From contig NMRA01000867.1 in assembly GCA_002633005.1 (NCBI GenBank), positions 1 to 64,000 of the forward strand: a stretch of 64,000 nt of DNA. The letters are read 5' to 3'. The notes under the pieces are model-generated. The model was not told where the DNA came from. It searched no databases and worked only from the letters and a program-made list of their open reading frames with translations. Position numbers and translations under genes: made by a program. Numbering within the stretch: the stretch's first letter is position 1; each line of letters begins with the position of its first letter. Shown here piece by piece: positions 13,701 through 27,147 of this stretch. Source of the DNA: Phoronis australis. Taxonomy: Eukaryota > Animalia > Phoronida.

Positions 13701-16700
13701 CGTTTTCTAGGCTTTACCCCAGTACAATTGTCGTAATAAAAATTGAAAACTTAAACATACATGTTGAGGTAAAGGTAGTATATGTTGTATGTTAGATTGA
13801 TCATTTGGTAACGGCGTTGGAGACGTTAGAACATGTATGTCCGAACACTGATCAATGCTGTCCCATATTCTCAAAGTGCGAATAAACTATAGTAGGTGAA
13901 GTTCATGATTTTTAAGGGGTTTCAAATGGTAAAACTGGATTTGTCAGATGTGGTACACCACCTATTGTCTTTAATTCATAACTGTAACATTATTTTATGA
14001 CCATTATTCACTCGCCTGGGTAAAGCCGAGAGAGATGCAGAGTTGAAATAAAAGGTGGAGAATTTTCCCCTCACCTGAAAAACTCCCTCTCAGAGGGCAC
14101 AGGCACGTTTCCCTCAGGTACGTGAGGGATATGAACACTCAACTGTGCACCTCCTGACATTTATGATTTGACAAGAGCAACACAAAGCGTCCATATGCCC
14201 CCACAACTACAACACAAATTGTTTGCTTCTAAGGGTTTTATTAGTATCATAAAAATTTCCACTAGGTAGCACAGAATATGTTGAACATCTTCGAAAATGG
14301 GAAGGTCCTGTCATCTCCCTAATAGACCGTCCGTCCATTATAAACTGCAAAGCAAACATAAAAATATGGGCTTGTCATTGAGAGGCACATTGGTAGTCGA
14401 ATCCACAAGAATCGTTATGGTATCTGCAGCCACATTCATAGGAAAATATGCACCATTCAACTTTTACAATTTCTCAAAGACATTGCAAGGAGTTCAGGAG
14501 ATGCAGACATGGTCTTTGGATGCAAAAATGCAAAAGAAGTGCCACTAGGGAGTGTCACAGTAAGCAAATCCGTCTGAAAATCAAAATCTGGTATCTGCTG
14601 CCACATTCATAGGAATGCACCAGTCAAGTTTCACAATTTCTCTAAGATATCGCAATGTCCAGTTCAGGAGATACAGACGTGGTCTGTGGATGCAAAAAAG
14701 AGCCACTAGGGGGTGTCACAGTAAACGAATGTGTCTGAAAATCGACATCAGTCATGCTGTTTTCAGTAGAAAAACATCTTCTAATTTCTTTAATAATCCT
14801 ATAATCAATTTGCGTGATAGAGAGGCTGACGCCATAAGCTGACTGACTGTTAGGTAGTGCATAATACGTTCTTTTATCCTTCTAAAAATAAAAAGGTGTT
14901 GTCATCTCATCAGTCCTTAATGGTACATTATTTGCCAAATTTCGTGAAAACCCATCAAGGAGCTCCAAAGATACAGAGGCAAATGCAAAAAAATCCACTG
15001 CTCAGGTTCATCCAAAAATCAAGGTTATCCGCCGCCAGCTCCACAAGAACACATCTGTCAACGTTCAAGAAGTCATCCACCTAGGGGTTTTGAAGATGAG
15101 GAAGCAGACGCCGAACACCAGATGACTGGATAGTGATGACAGTAACATGCACCCACAAATCTATATGTGGGACCATAAAATCTGTGAAGCTAGAATATTA
15201 CGCGAAGGAATACGGTAATGGCAAACTTCTTAACGTACAGAATACAGTCAAACCTCGTTACAACACATCCCGTTTAGAATGTTTACAACGATATAACATA
15301 GAAACTTCAAAGTCCCGAGTATTTCTATGCTAGTCACAATCATTCACAACATAAACCTTTACAACAATTAGCGTACATCAAAACAACATTCAAAATTTCC
15401 CGTACCTTGTGACCATCAGCTATGTTTATAACCAACAACGGCAAACTTTGCAATACCACAGTGTGAAGAACATGCGCGCGCACTTACACCACAACTATAT
15501 ACTGCATTACTTTTTGAATTGTGTAAATATTAAGTAGTATGGTGAACTATTGACTGTAGGCCTATTTCTTTTTAAAGACTCCGCAGTGGGTCTATGACCT
15601 ATAAAAAGTCTAGCCAAGTTGCACCAAACTTAATTGTCATAATATACACATCCCAAAGATTCCTAGATGTACGTTGTAATGATGCTTGACTGTATTTGAG
15701 GAGTTCAGTGGCCCACAATTGGAACATTCAAGAACTGCATACCTTGGTTCCATTTTTCATTACAGACAAAAACGTCCACTGCAAAGACTCGAACACAGCT
15801 GGTGATTTTTCAACCAGTTCAGATACAAACCCAAGTTGAGGAACAGTGTCTTGAAACCAATCAGTGTAACCTAAAATATTAAACAAGGAAGTGCATAACT
15901 CATATCCAAGTGGGTGGAAAAACCGTATTTTACACACCGAATCGTGTTGAGAAGGGATTTCCTAATTTTTAATTACCTGCAAATGACCGAGCAACATAAT
16001 TTTTACTCATAAGAGGATGATATAGAAAGAAAAGTTTTGCTATGAATTCATTTTTTGGGTTACTTTTCATTCACTTAGGCTGTAAAATCATTTCTCAGAA
16101 AAATTATATATCGTACTAACAGACTTAAAAATCAAAGTTTGTCCATTTATTCCAAGAACGTGATGTGAACAGCCACAAGGCCTAAGCGACAGTTGTAAGT
16201 ACTGCAAATTCACTTTGGCGTGGTATCAACTTGAAAATTTGTTACGTAGATCAAAACTTTTTGTCAGTGAAAAGGCCGGTAGTACGGCCCTTTAAAGAGG
16301 AGCTACAGTACATGACCAAATGTATGAACACTGTAAAACATTTGACATTTTACAAGAGATAAAATCATTTGATATGAAGTTGTCTCTGCGGGCTGCCACA
16401 TGCGGTTGTCAACAGAGTACAAGACCGTTGTTCCTCTCTGCATGAAGAAGACCGTCAGCGAGATTATGTTGTGTGATTCCCTCGACAGAGGCCACGATAT
16501 ATATATGTCTTGTTCTAGAAACTGGTTTCGTTTTTGTTTGGCAGTTCTGCAAATGTTATAAAAGACACTATATCTGCCTCCAGCTCAGCTGGCCAAGTAT
16601 AGTCCAAAATATCGGTAGACTGGTCAAAAGGGTGTAACTAAACTACATCGTTAAACCTGAAAAACGTCCCGCTTACCAGGTTGGAGACAGTATGGTGGAC

Positions 16701-16958
16701 GGGTCAGTGGAAACTCCAGACTAGTCGACGGACAAAGACAAGCTCCTTCTGCGCCTGCGACATTTGTGCCAAGTCGAAGTGAATAATATTTGCGCAAAAC
16801 ATCCCTGCATTTTGCGCCTTTCGTACGACAGGTGCCTTTTTGGCTACATCGACATTCCTGCTCATAACCAGTGCCTTCTCTCCAAGTAAACGATACTGTG
16901 ACATTCTTGCACACTGCAGGGTATGTGCAGCCGTAACCATCTCTGCATATCCTACTAT
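10732..16958 (-). CDS. Uncharacterised multi-exon protein: Cys-rich exon followed by a Cys-poor region; first exon not securely placed
   Basis: Four open exons with canonical sites and matching phases: 16958-16677 (phase 1-1; SRICRDGYGCTYPAVCKN...ECRCSQKGTCRTKGAKC...GACLCPST...PPYCLQP), 15870-15743 (GYTDWFQDTVPQLGFVSELVEKSPAVF...), 13032-12826 (VCEWISCSNRVAMC...), 10947-10732 (MLHMGTITHGEL...GFANL then TAA, which overlaps a GTAAGT donor). No family recognised. Confidence 0.7.
11290..11950. repeat. Degenerate tandem core repeats, Helentron/HINE-like
   Basis: Recurrent blocks AAATTTCATTRAAAT and AAAATGGCSACYAG..GTGCTGC at roughly 130-170 bp spacing. Confidence 0.45.
14171..15180 (+). mobile_element. 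Probable non-autonomous Helentron (HINE-like) element with ~160-bp internal tandem core
   Basis: Starts ACAAGAG...ATGCCCCC. Internal repeats GCCACTAGGG.GTGTCACAGTAA at 14541 and 14702. 3' short hairpin CCCACA...TGTGGG followed by CATAAAA. Related copy at ~36460-37078. Confidence 0.5.
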
Positions 16959-19348
16959 CTACAAAACAGATTAATGGACATAATAGATCGCGATATACCT
17001 GATTTAAAATTATGTCGGCTGATGGCCAATAAAGCTATCATTTAATAAAAAATCAACTGCAAAAAACCACGTGAATATAGGTAAGAAATCAATATGTTCA
17101 TTTCTACCACAAATAATGGAATCAAGACTATCCATGAGTAGGCAAAAAGAAGAAGTACCTTATTAGCAAAGACAGCCCACTTTTTAAGTTGCAGTTGCCA
17201 AGCAAAGATACGCAGGCGGGACACTATAAGAGAAACAGTTCGGCCCATTGATTTCTTTCGTTACTTAATGTTCCTGTTACTAATTTTTCACTAAATTTTG
17301 AACGACTTGCCCACAGTGAAAGAAAAGGTCGAGTCGAGCCCTCCTATAACGGCCCTCAAATGGCCAGCATGACATGTAAGAGGTGACAGGTGAGAGGCAG
17401 AGAAAGCTTCGACCTCGATCGCATCATTCTACAGCCCAAATAAAAAATCTATCCGCTATGCCTCAACTTCACCCACCACACCGCAACCACGTGCACGGAC
17501 GGGTCAAAACTAAATGTAGAAAGCTACCTTGTCCCTGCTGTCTTCACTATTAGTCAGTGAATATCATATTTGACATGGTTTTCAAAACAGTGATTTTCCT
17601 ACAATTTAATTTGGGATCAAACATGCATTCTGATCATGTTTTTTGTTTGTATTTTTTAAACAAAAGCATATACCCCGGTTAAACTACTAATGAATATCAA
17701 ATATTCAAAACTGGTGCTTATTTGAGATTAATAGAAACTCACTTCACAGAGTTTCATGTAAACTAGTTATGAATCCATTCCCTTATCTAAATGTGTTGAA
17801 GACTAAACAAGATAGAATATATTCTCCGTCACCTGCGACTCATGATCCTCGCACAGCCAAAACATGCAAAACGAAGCCTGATCACCCCTCTGTTTATTTC
17901 TAAAACGCCCTCTCTGTGGTCAAAACTGATTTCAATTTTGTGTTTTCCACCCCCCCCCACACTTGTTTGTTGAAAAGTGGCCTCAAGTTGCAACTCATTT
18001 CAAATCCTCTCACGTGTCGTATTAGGACAATAATTCCACCTGATGAACACCAAGAAGTCAAGCCGAGGAGACATGGACATTGAGACAGGCTTCATCAGGA
18101 GGGCGACTGAGAAGTAGCAAAGTGGGATGTGTGGGCTGGAGATTTAGGGACGACGTGCCCTTTTAATTAGTGTTGGCATTGCAATCAGTTCAATTTTAAG
18201 ATAATACATTTCCTTTAAATTAACAAAGTCAAATTAACCATACAATGAATATTCCAAACATTTTAAAATTTAACGATGTTCTTTGTTTTGACTGGTCAAA
18301 CTACAATAAGTGTGAGTTCCTGTCTAATTTGACTGAAATTTCAGAGTTGACACTTTATTTTTGTTAAACTATTAAATGCTCACAGTTTAAAAGTCAACTT
18401 TCATGAAAGAGTACATGATTAAAACATGGGGACTTTTTACTTACAAAAAATACACTGCTAACTTTTTATTTTGTTTTTAAACGAAGTACCAAAACAACTT
18501 AGAAGTCAGTTAATTGTGAACCCATCCCTGAATTTCTAGATTAGAGCTACACCAAATATGTCACAGCAAACAAGATTCCACATGTCATTAGTTCAATCTC
18601 AATCTTTATCAGAACTTAAATCATAGAATAAATACAAAAGTGCATATATGGAGATAGCCAAACTGAAGATTTGCAACTTCTAGACAATTTTGGTTGCAGT
18701 AACTTCATAACTATTCTAGCTTTTCCCGAGTCATGAAAAATGAAATCACAGCTCTTGCCCACCGACCAACCTCACCTACTGCTTGCACTCTCTCATTGAC
18801 TATAAAGCTAGCCATCTTCTTGTCTTCACACGTGCTCCATTAAAACTACAAGCTAATTTAGCTAACAATCAAAATTGGCGCATTTCCGCGAATATCAGGC
18901 GTGCGTTCAGTAACGCAAGGACCTACAGTAGGACCTAGCTAAAATCTAGCTAACGTCACTTGCTCTCATTTAAAATACACAGCAGCATCTCATTTAATCT
19001 CGCAGTCTTGCTTTTCAGCAAGGTCCTAGCATTACCGAACGGGAGGCAGTTTTCCACTTTGTGTACTACTGCTCGAGTAAAATAGTTCGGCATGCACTGG
19101 GCCATAAGCGATGTTTTAAAAATTATTGACATCTAATTTAGTCACTGTGTGTTGTTTATAGATGTTTACAATGTAGCTTAGTTGTATATTAAAAAAATAA
19201 TCCACGTGATATTGTTAACTCTGATCAGCGTTTGTAATTCCACCGAGTACATCAACACGCACAGTCGTTTACCTCCTCATACCGGTACCCAATATTCATA
19301 GTTTTTAGCTTAATGGTTCATAGATTTTTAAAAATCCAAAACCAACCT

Positions 19349-22117
19349 CAGTTGGTTTTTCCATATCCAATACCGCTGTGATATTTGTTTTTAACGAAAA
19401 CTGTTGGTTAATGCATTTTGAAAATTTGCCAGTATGTTCAGCCAGAAATGTAAATTACTACAGTTTGTGGTCGGGTAATTGCAGCACTAAATTGTCTTGC
19501 TCAGGCGCCGCGTTCTATTTGGTCCTAGTAAAAACCGCTCAGGAGGACGAGCGGTGAAATCACGCATCTTTACTGAGAAATGCGTGACTTTCGTACTGTA
19601 AGCGTATTATTCACGGCACGGATGTTGCTTTTTGAGAGCAGCAATAAATCATGTGCTTTATGACAGAATGACGATGAATGCACTGCACGCACTATAAATC
19701 TCATCAGCCACTCCCCATAACGATTATAGTGTGAAATGAGCGGCCGATTAAAGGTACATATGGTGCATGTCCTAATGAACCAAAATACAATGCAGTACCG
19801 GGTGCTAATGAACACAAAAAGCCTGTTGATAAAACTCAGAAGAAGTCGCCAGCATGGGCCCCATGTAAACATCAACATGTCTTATTCCCCAAGACATTAA
19901 TATTTAATCAGTGCTTCTCTTTACACTAAAGAAAATGTTCTGATTTACAAAAAGACATCCAAAGTTAACGAACTGATATATAGCTTTTAGTGATATGCCA
20001 TTTGGAAACGAGAGTACTCTTTGAGGGATTCATCTGTCTGGCGGAAACGAAAACAGACGTCAGACGAAGCAGTTGTTGTGTTTTCGGAACTAACCTTTTT
20101 AACGACAGATTTTTTTGTAATTTCTGGGATTGTGATTCTTGTGCGAAGGCGTGCCGGATAGGCCGAGGCCGGTTGATTAGTGATCCCTGAATGGCATATT
20201 GACTGTACCTCTTATAGTAAGGGAAACGTAAACCTCAAGCTGACAAAAAAGCATTTTCCAGAAGTTCAGTAACCTTCAAGCAATTCGAGCTATTTGCTCA
20301 TTGATTCGGTCTTTCGAGAACCCCCAACTCCTTCATATCCATTTAACCCCTTTGAAGAGACCTCAAAATGAAGCGCAGTAGGTTAAATTCATATTATTTT
20401 AGAACTTATTTCTTCAAACAAACGCAAACTCTAACTGCTCGAAACAAACCCGGTCCGAATACCGACCGACAATCAAGAGCTCGTCTAAGTGAGAGCTATT
20501 ATTTAAGTTTCATACTGTCTTCAACATCTCTCGTGGCGCTTNTTGTACTCGAAACGAACTCGAAACTATTTTTGGCAATTTCTCTGCTCGTTTTGTGCTA
20601 ATTTAAGATAATTGGTTATCAGACTGTGCTCGAATACATTATAGTTTATGCATAGGAGTTTCTAGTTCAAGTTTGCCCTTGAAGACCCTTATATTCGTGC
20701 TACAAACTCGAGTAAAAACTCGAAATTTCGAGTTCAAACTCGAACTTACTGGTTTAATATTGGGTTTACAAACTGTGAACTAAGGGCAATGAATTATGTA
20801 CGTAAGTTATTGTGTACTCGAGCATAGAATAATAGACACTTATCTTGAGTTCGCCCAAAAGTAGAGTAGAAAATGCCAAACCTAATTTCGAGTTCCATTT
20901 CGAGTAAAAAGATTGGAGACCGGGCCCAGTTGGTTTTTCCATATTCGAATACCGCTGTGGTATTTGTTTTTAACGAAAACTGTTGATTAATGCATTTTGA
21001 AAATTTGCCAGTATGTTCAGGCAGAAATGTAAATTACTACACTTTGTGGTCGGGTAATTGCACTAAATTGTGTCTTGCTCAGGCGCCGCGTTCTCTTTGG
21101 TCCTAGTAAAAACCGCACAGGAGGACGAGCGGTGAAATCACGCATCTTTACTGAGAAATGCGTGACTTTCGTACTGTAAGCGTATTATTCACAGCACCGA
21201 TGTTGCTTTTTGAGAGCAGCAATAAACCATGTGCTTTATGACAGAATGACGGTGAATGCACTGCACGCACTATACATCTCATCATCCACTCCCCATGACG
21301 ATTATAGTGTGAAATGAGCGGCCGATTAAAGGTACTAACATATGGTGCTTGTCCTAATGAACCAAAATACAATGCCGTACCGGGTGGTAATGAACAAAAA
21401 AAGCCTGTTGATAAAACTCAGAAGAAGTCGCCAGCATGGGCCCCATGTAAACATCAACATGTCTTATTCCCCAAGACATTAATATTTAATCAGTGCTTCT
21501 CTTTACACTACAGAAAATGTTCTGATTTACAAAAAGACATCCAAAGTTAACGAGCTGATATATAGATTTTGGTGATATGCCATTTGGAAACGAGAGTACT
21601 CTTTGAGGGATTCATTTGTCTGGGGGAAACGAAAACAGACGAAGCAGTTGTTGCGTTTTCGGAACTAACCTTTTTTAACGACAGATTTTTTTGTAATTTC
21701 TGGGATTGTGATTCTTGTGCGAAGGCGTGCCGGATAGGCCGAGGCCGGTTAATTAGTGATCCCTGAATGGCATATTGACTGTACCTCTTATAGTAAGGGA
21801 AACGTAAACCTCAAGCTGACAAAAAAGAATTTTCCAGAAGTTCAGTAACCTTCAAGCAATTCGAGCTATTTGCTCATTGATTCGGTCTTTCGAGAACCCC
21901 CAACTCCTTCATATCCATTTAACCCCTTTGAAGAGATCTCAAAATGAAGCGCAGTAGGTTAAATTCATATTATTTTAGAACTTATTTCTTCAAACAAACG
22001 CAAACTCTAACTGCTCGAAACAAACCCGGTCCGAATACCGACCGACAATCAAGAGCTCGTCTAAGTGAGAGCTATTATCTAAGTTCCATACTGTCTTCAA
22101 CATCTCTCGTGGCGCTT
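19349..22117 (+). repeat. 1.2-kb near-identical duplication (19349-20541 and 20927-22117) across a single-N join
   Basis: The two copies are colinear with scattered substitutions and small indels, and give duplicate ORF-track entries. N at 20542. Confidence 0.9.
20543..20926. mobile_element. Harbinger-like MITE, family B, left end lost at the N join
   Basis: Homologous to the complete copy at 50898-51315. Ends ...AAAAAGATTGGAGACCGGGCC followed by CAG. Confidence 0.75.
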
Positions 22118-22367
22118 TTTATTGCCCATCTTTTCAGAGATTATTATTTTATCTTTATGTTATTTGTACACTCATATTTCTGTACCTTATCAGTCATAAT
22201 AAATGACCTTAAATCGCCGATACACGGTCTCCTTTGTATCTCTGGAANGCTCGGCCGTTACGGTGTATCTCTGTAGCCAACCGAAAAGTCCTACTCGTGT
22301 TTGCTTTTACTTCAGCTTCTCACGTGATCATCGCATTGATTGTGTGTCTTATACATCAAAATGAGTA

Positions 22368-23510
22368 GGAGAAGGTGGGGCACCTTGAGCAATGAGGCAC
22401 TATGTTCCTTGGCTTGCCAAGTTAAAATAAGCCAATACTTTGGGGCACCAGATGTCACTTGCATGTGCTCCTGCTGGCGAGGTGTGAAACCATTTTGTAT
22501 CATTTTCTGTTTCGCGCAGGTATGGATTTTGTAGCATGCTGTTGATAATTTGCAGACTTCAGTAAATTTTCAAGGTAAGTTAGTTTTCCTTCTGTAATAA
22601 ACGATATCCTAGTCACACGGGAATTGAATAGTTGTAATAATACTTGTAGAAAAGTGCTATATAAGCAGCCACACATTTCAAAGCTGAGAATTGACCTAAT
22701 TTTGAGTTACTCGGGTTTTGCTTCAGAATTTGAAGATGTGGCACCGTGAGCGGGGCAGGTTGAGCCGTGGCTCATAGTGCCCTATCGTAATGTAAGCAAA
22801 AACTTAAACAAGTTTTAAAGTATATGCAACTTTATTGTAGAAAATGATTAGAAAATATCAACGAAAGACTAATTAAGGATTACAGTGAGATTGTTCTTTC
22901 GATGACCTATTAGACATCCGTCTGATGCCGCATTTTTCCACTGCTGCAGCCACCGCATCAAAAAAGCGCCAACGTGGATATGCAAAGGTGCGGACAAGCA
23001 GCCCTGAAAAAAGAAAGCTGATCGAAAAAGAACGTCAAAGAACTAAAAAAAATCAACCGGGCACCTCCATGACCTCACAGCAAAGCGATCCAGTAAAGGT
23101 GTTGGAGACTTTAAGTGTGACTCGTGTTTAGGTTAAAACCTGGGTTAAATTGGTAGTTAGTTTACTTCTTATTTCATCAAACATCAAGTATCAAGTCAAA
23201 GACATCCTTTAAGTAACCAAATATATTTTTAAGATATTGAATGCGTTTTATTGACTATAAATACTTTGCTAAAGTGCCCCATGCCTGGATCAAAGTGCCC
23301 CGTAGTTGGGGTACTTTGAGCCATCTGAATGACTAACGTAAAATACCAAAAAAAAAACATCTCGCACTTTTTCAATTGTCTTTGTTTTTATTGTATACAA
23401 TTATGACATATTGTAGTTTATTATCGTGTTTTAGTTTCTGTAATTAGTTTCTTTATTTAGCTGTTAAGACCATTAATTTGGAAATTAGCTCATAGTGCCC
23501 CACTCTCTCC
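22368..23510 (+). mobile_element. Non-autonomous pogo/Tc1-mariner-like DNA transposon
   Basis: TIRs GGAGAAGGTGGGGCACCTTGAGC ... GCTCATAGTGCCCCACTCTCTCC flanked by TA on both sides. Internal copies of the GGGGCA...TGAGC motif at 22752 and 23271-23322. Remnant ORF 22925-23131 (KKRQRGYAKVRTSSPEKRKL) resembles the basic C-terminal tail of pogo/Fot1-like transposases. Confidence 0.75.
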
Positions 23511-24639
23511 TATTAAAAAGTACAGACTTATTGTGGGAAACAAAATCTTGGGAAGAAACTGCAAATTTGTCAGTTAGTCAAAAACTTTTAGTTCTTAGCC
23601 TTACGAATTCATATTTAATATGTTAACCAGATATTAGTGTCACCAGTTATAATGGACTCTTTGGGACACTGGGAAATATTAGAAAATAAAGGAAAACATT
23701 ACTGAAAATAAGTCGAAAAGCCTACGCGCTGTTCTGTTGTCGGAACTTGACATTAGGAATAAGATTATTATTTTTAATTATTAGCAGTCGATATTGTAGA
23801 AATTACCGTTCTCAGGTGTGAAATCGTTTTTGTGACGGATTTGATGTTACTGTTGTCTCCGACATAGTTTATTAGACTTGTGTGAGTTGTAAAATACAGT
23901 TGAATGTCCTGTTGTTAACATTTGATAACCTTCCACAAGTCACGATCATCGGAACAAAAGAGCTTCTGTAAGTAAAATATGCCAGACAAATGAAATATCG
24001 TTACAAGCCCAACATGTGACCAAAGCTGACCTTACTGGATTGTATAACATTCAAAAAACTAAATGAATTGTGTTACTGTTTAAGAAATACACAGCCCGTT
24101 AGACTCGTTTTAGAGAGGTTTTCTTACATTTACACCCAACGTTTAAAATCATCAGATTATTGTTATCTGGGTCATGCAGTTTTGTACATGTAGTACGTCA
24201 CTATTTAAATGTCACTCAGTCAACTCGAGTTGCCACTTGTCATGATAACCGTCACGCCAACTCAAGCATCTGTTTACCGCAAACATGGGAAGTAACTATG
24301 TGAACAGAGAGAATCAACACGGGAAGTATACAAGCAATAAGTAATGTACGGGTTCTTCTTTAACAAGCTGGTCGTGACAGCCTCCTGTTACAATCGTATC
24401 TTGAGCATCCTCGATCTCGGACTGATCTGAGCCACCCTCTTCAAGGAAGTTTTGGATCAAAATAACCCTTCAAAACATTCAACAGAAATTCATCAGCCGA
24501 CGTTATCTGAAAGCTGATAGATAAAATCGAGACCATCGTTTCCTTTCTTTTTTTCTCTTTTTTCATCGGTAGTTGATGCCGTGAGATATGTTTTTTCAGG
24601 ATGAAACCTATTCACTCATACAAGTGGTCTCCCGTAGGG

Positions 24640-24960
24640 CCCTGATACTGAGAAAGAAAATACTAAAAACCTAGGTAATAAGAAGAATCAATAAGTTGAA
24701 TTAAAACGTTAACAAGAATTTTAACGAATGAAAGTCTAAATTAAAAGTATCAAAATTGAATTAACCAGGTACCGCAGTGGACTTGAAAGTATTAATTACT
24801 TTGACGGACATGAGTACCGAGATTGTTCTACAGCACGGCACAGAGTGGAAAGAGGAGTGTTTACTAAAAATTAGTTCTGGTTTAATGAATACACATACTT
24901 CCAATGCCACAAGACCTCTAGTATTTCTATTATGAGCTGATTTATTAATTTTATTTTGTC
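24640..24960 (-). mobile_element. Decayed 3' end of a CR1/L2-like LINE
   Basis: Minus strand gives broken RNTRG...FIKP...FK-type C-terminal remnants followed by a low-complexity tail. Confidence 0.3.
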
Positions 24961-25639
24961 ACAGAGACACTCAGGTGCCATGCCGTGGAGACAAGTGAGC
25001 ATAGCTAAACGCACACGGCTAAATCACAATCAAGGTCCATATTCAAGAGTTGACTGTGTTACGGTCTAATATCAATTTTTGATCAATTACCAAACGCCAA
25101 CTGAATCTCATATGCAAAGAGTTATTTAGTTGTGCAAATTAAAAAAGATTCATCAAATTCGGACAATGTTTGAGAAATTTATGCATGTTTTTGTCTATGA
25201 ATTTCATTCATTTTTAGTGTTACGAGAGGCCATTTTAAAAATGACTATTTTCAACTGTCAACAGTAGAAATTTATTTTATTAAGTAAGCAAATGCCTAGA
25301 TATGACTGGAAAGAACTTGGGTCACTTTCAAAATCACTTAGATGAAGTTTTGCTTAATCATTGAGAAATGGTAGGGTTCATCTTAAAACAGGCACTCGTT
25401 ACAAAATTTGTAAATTCGGTGTTTCTAATCCTCACCTACTGTAAAGAAGGATAAAAACTGAAGTTCACACTCTGTAATCAAAGGAACTGCAGAATATGTT
25501 AGCCTAGGCAACACAGCAAATAGTTCAATATCTAAACAAACCAAAAGTTCGGATATTGACTGGGTTCTGCTATACTGAAAATGGTTCTAGCCTTTCCATT
25601 GACTATACTGGAGTGTAACAGGTTTGTAATCCGATGGTC

Positions 25640-26275
25640 CATGTCACCACTCCGGAAAAAACAGCTACTCCGAAAGTACACTACTCCGAAAAAACACCGT
25701 TACTGCGATTTTTTACTCGATTTTCCTAAAATTTTCTCAAAATTTCACGAATGGTTTATTAATTTGTTACTTACTAACAAAATACTCACACAAAAATAAA
25801 TTTGGACAATTAAGTCCAATGACTTATTTCTGACACACTGTCCGTTAACTGTACCCCTTTTTCTTTGAAGTTCGCTTGATCGAGAGAAGATGTATCATAT
25901 TACATGCGCGCACCCAAGGGGGGCTCGGTGTCTCGAACGAGCCCCCCCCTCATTTGGCGAAGTGGAAAAAAGGTCTGCCTCAAAACAGCCAAAAAGTACG
26001 AGAAAATGAGACAAAAGTCCACTAAAAAGACGCGAATGCACAAGTCATAATCCTGAACGTGATATCCCGCTTTTTAGTCCCATGTTTTTTGTTTGCAAAA
26101 GGTCCACATTGATAAAAATTCGAGCCCACATATTTTAGGCTGGGGGCGTGCACGTATTAGTGTTATAAAATGAAACAAACGCGTTCATATTTGGAGGAGG
26201 CGTGGGTTTCTTCGGATTAGTGTTTTCTTTTCCGAGTAGCCTTCGGAGTAGTTTTTTTGAGTAATGGGCAGAAAT
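25640..26275. mobile_element. DNA-transposon-like element with CTACTCCGAA subterminal repeats and a nested small MITE (~25903-26155)
   Basis: CTACTCCGAA repeats at 25645-25690 and inverted TTCGGAGTAG at 26230-26255. The same motif arrays occur at 31245-31347, 57563-57625 and ~58920-58950. Confidence 0.45.
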
Positions 26276-27005
26276 CATACTAGACGCACCAGCATTGAAC
26301 TCCTGAGCGTATGAGCATTTCCATGCCGTATGCTTTCTCTGTTGTGTCAATACAACCCTCATGAAACTTGTGAGCAAACTTTATGGCCCACTATAGTACA
26401 CGTATGTAATAGTAAACATTTTGAAAATATATCTTGAAGCAGTTAACGAAGAAAATGAAAAATAATGAGATAAAAAATAAATGTCAGAAGGCTGCTAGGC
26501 AGTTTTGACCTTTGACCTCTGGTTTGACCTTGAAAATGACCGACCCCGTATTAATGAAATAACACCAGAAATGGACTCTCCATCACAGAAAATGGTATAA
26601 ACAATGTATTACATGACCCTGTTTGTCTTCAAGTTGAAAAAACCAAAGTGGGTTGAAATTCAAAATGGCGGAATCCGCCATTTTAAATTCAAGAAATGCT
26701 CAAAGTTGCACTAAGTGCAACCAAGCTAATTTTGTCCTCCTGATCATATTTAATATATTTCAACAAAAAACTTTACAGTAATCAACATTGCAGGGTTCAC
26801 TATGGGAGCTATTGGGCTGGCAACTAGACTATCTTCATTTTTACACTCCAGGTGAATGGTACGTAATGGGGCCGCATCCGTCGCTATTCATTGAACACTG
26901 CTTTATTTCTAACATCTTCATTTTGGTTCAAAACGCCATACAGCCGAATAGCAGTTTAGCCAAAGTAATTCTCTGTGATACGCTTTCACCATGACAACAT
27001 AAAAT

Positions 27006-27147
27006 CATGGGCGGCTCACCAAAGGGGGCTGGGGGGAGGGGCTATAGCACAACGCTTATTTCAGTGCTGTGCCGCCTATGGTCGCTTATCCGGCGTACCA
27101 TACGGGGGGGCTGTAGGCCCACTTATTTCAGTGCTGCCCCGCCCATG
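27006..27147. mobile_element. ~140-bp MITE, family C (CATGGG...CCCATG)
   Basis: TIR CATGGGCGG...CCGCCCATG. A diverged copy lies in the opposite orientation at 31508-31654. Confidence 0.6.

Noticed and set aside
22340-22534. Peptide CSCWRGVK as the THADA CCWRSMK motif
   Set aside because: It lies inside the pogo-like element, with no flanking similarity or convincing splice sites.
26395-26830. Academ-like element ending ACTAGACTA
   Set aside because: Only one plausible TIR is visible, with no TSD or transposase remnant, so it cannot be supported.
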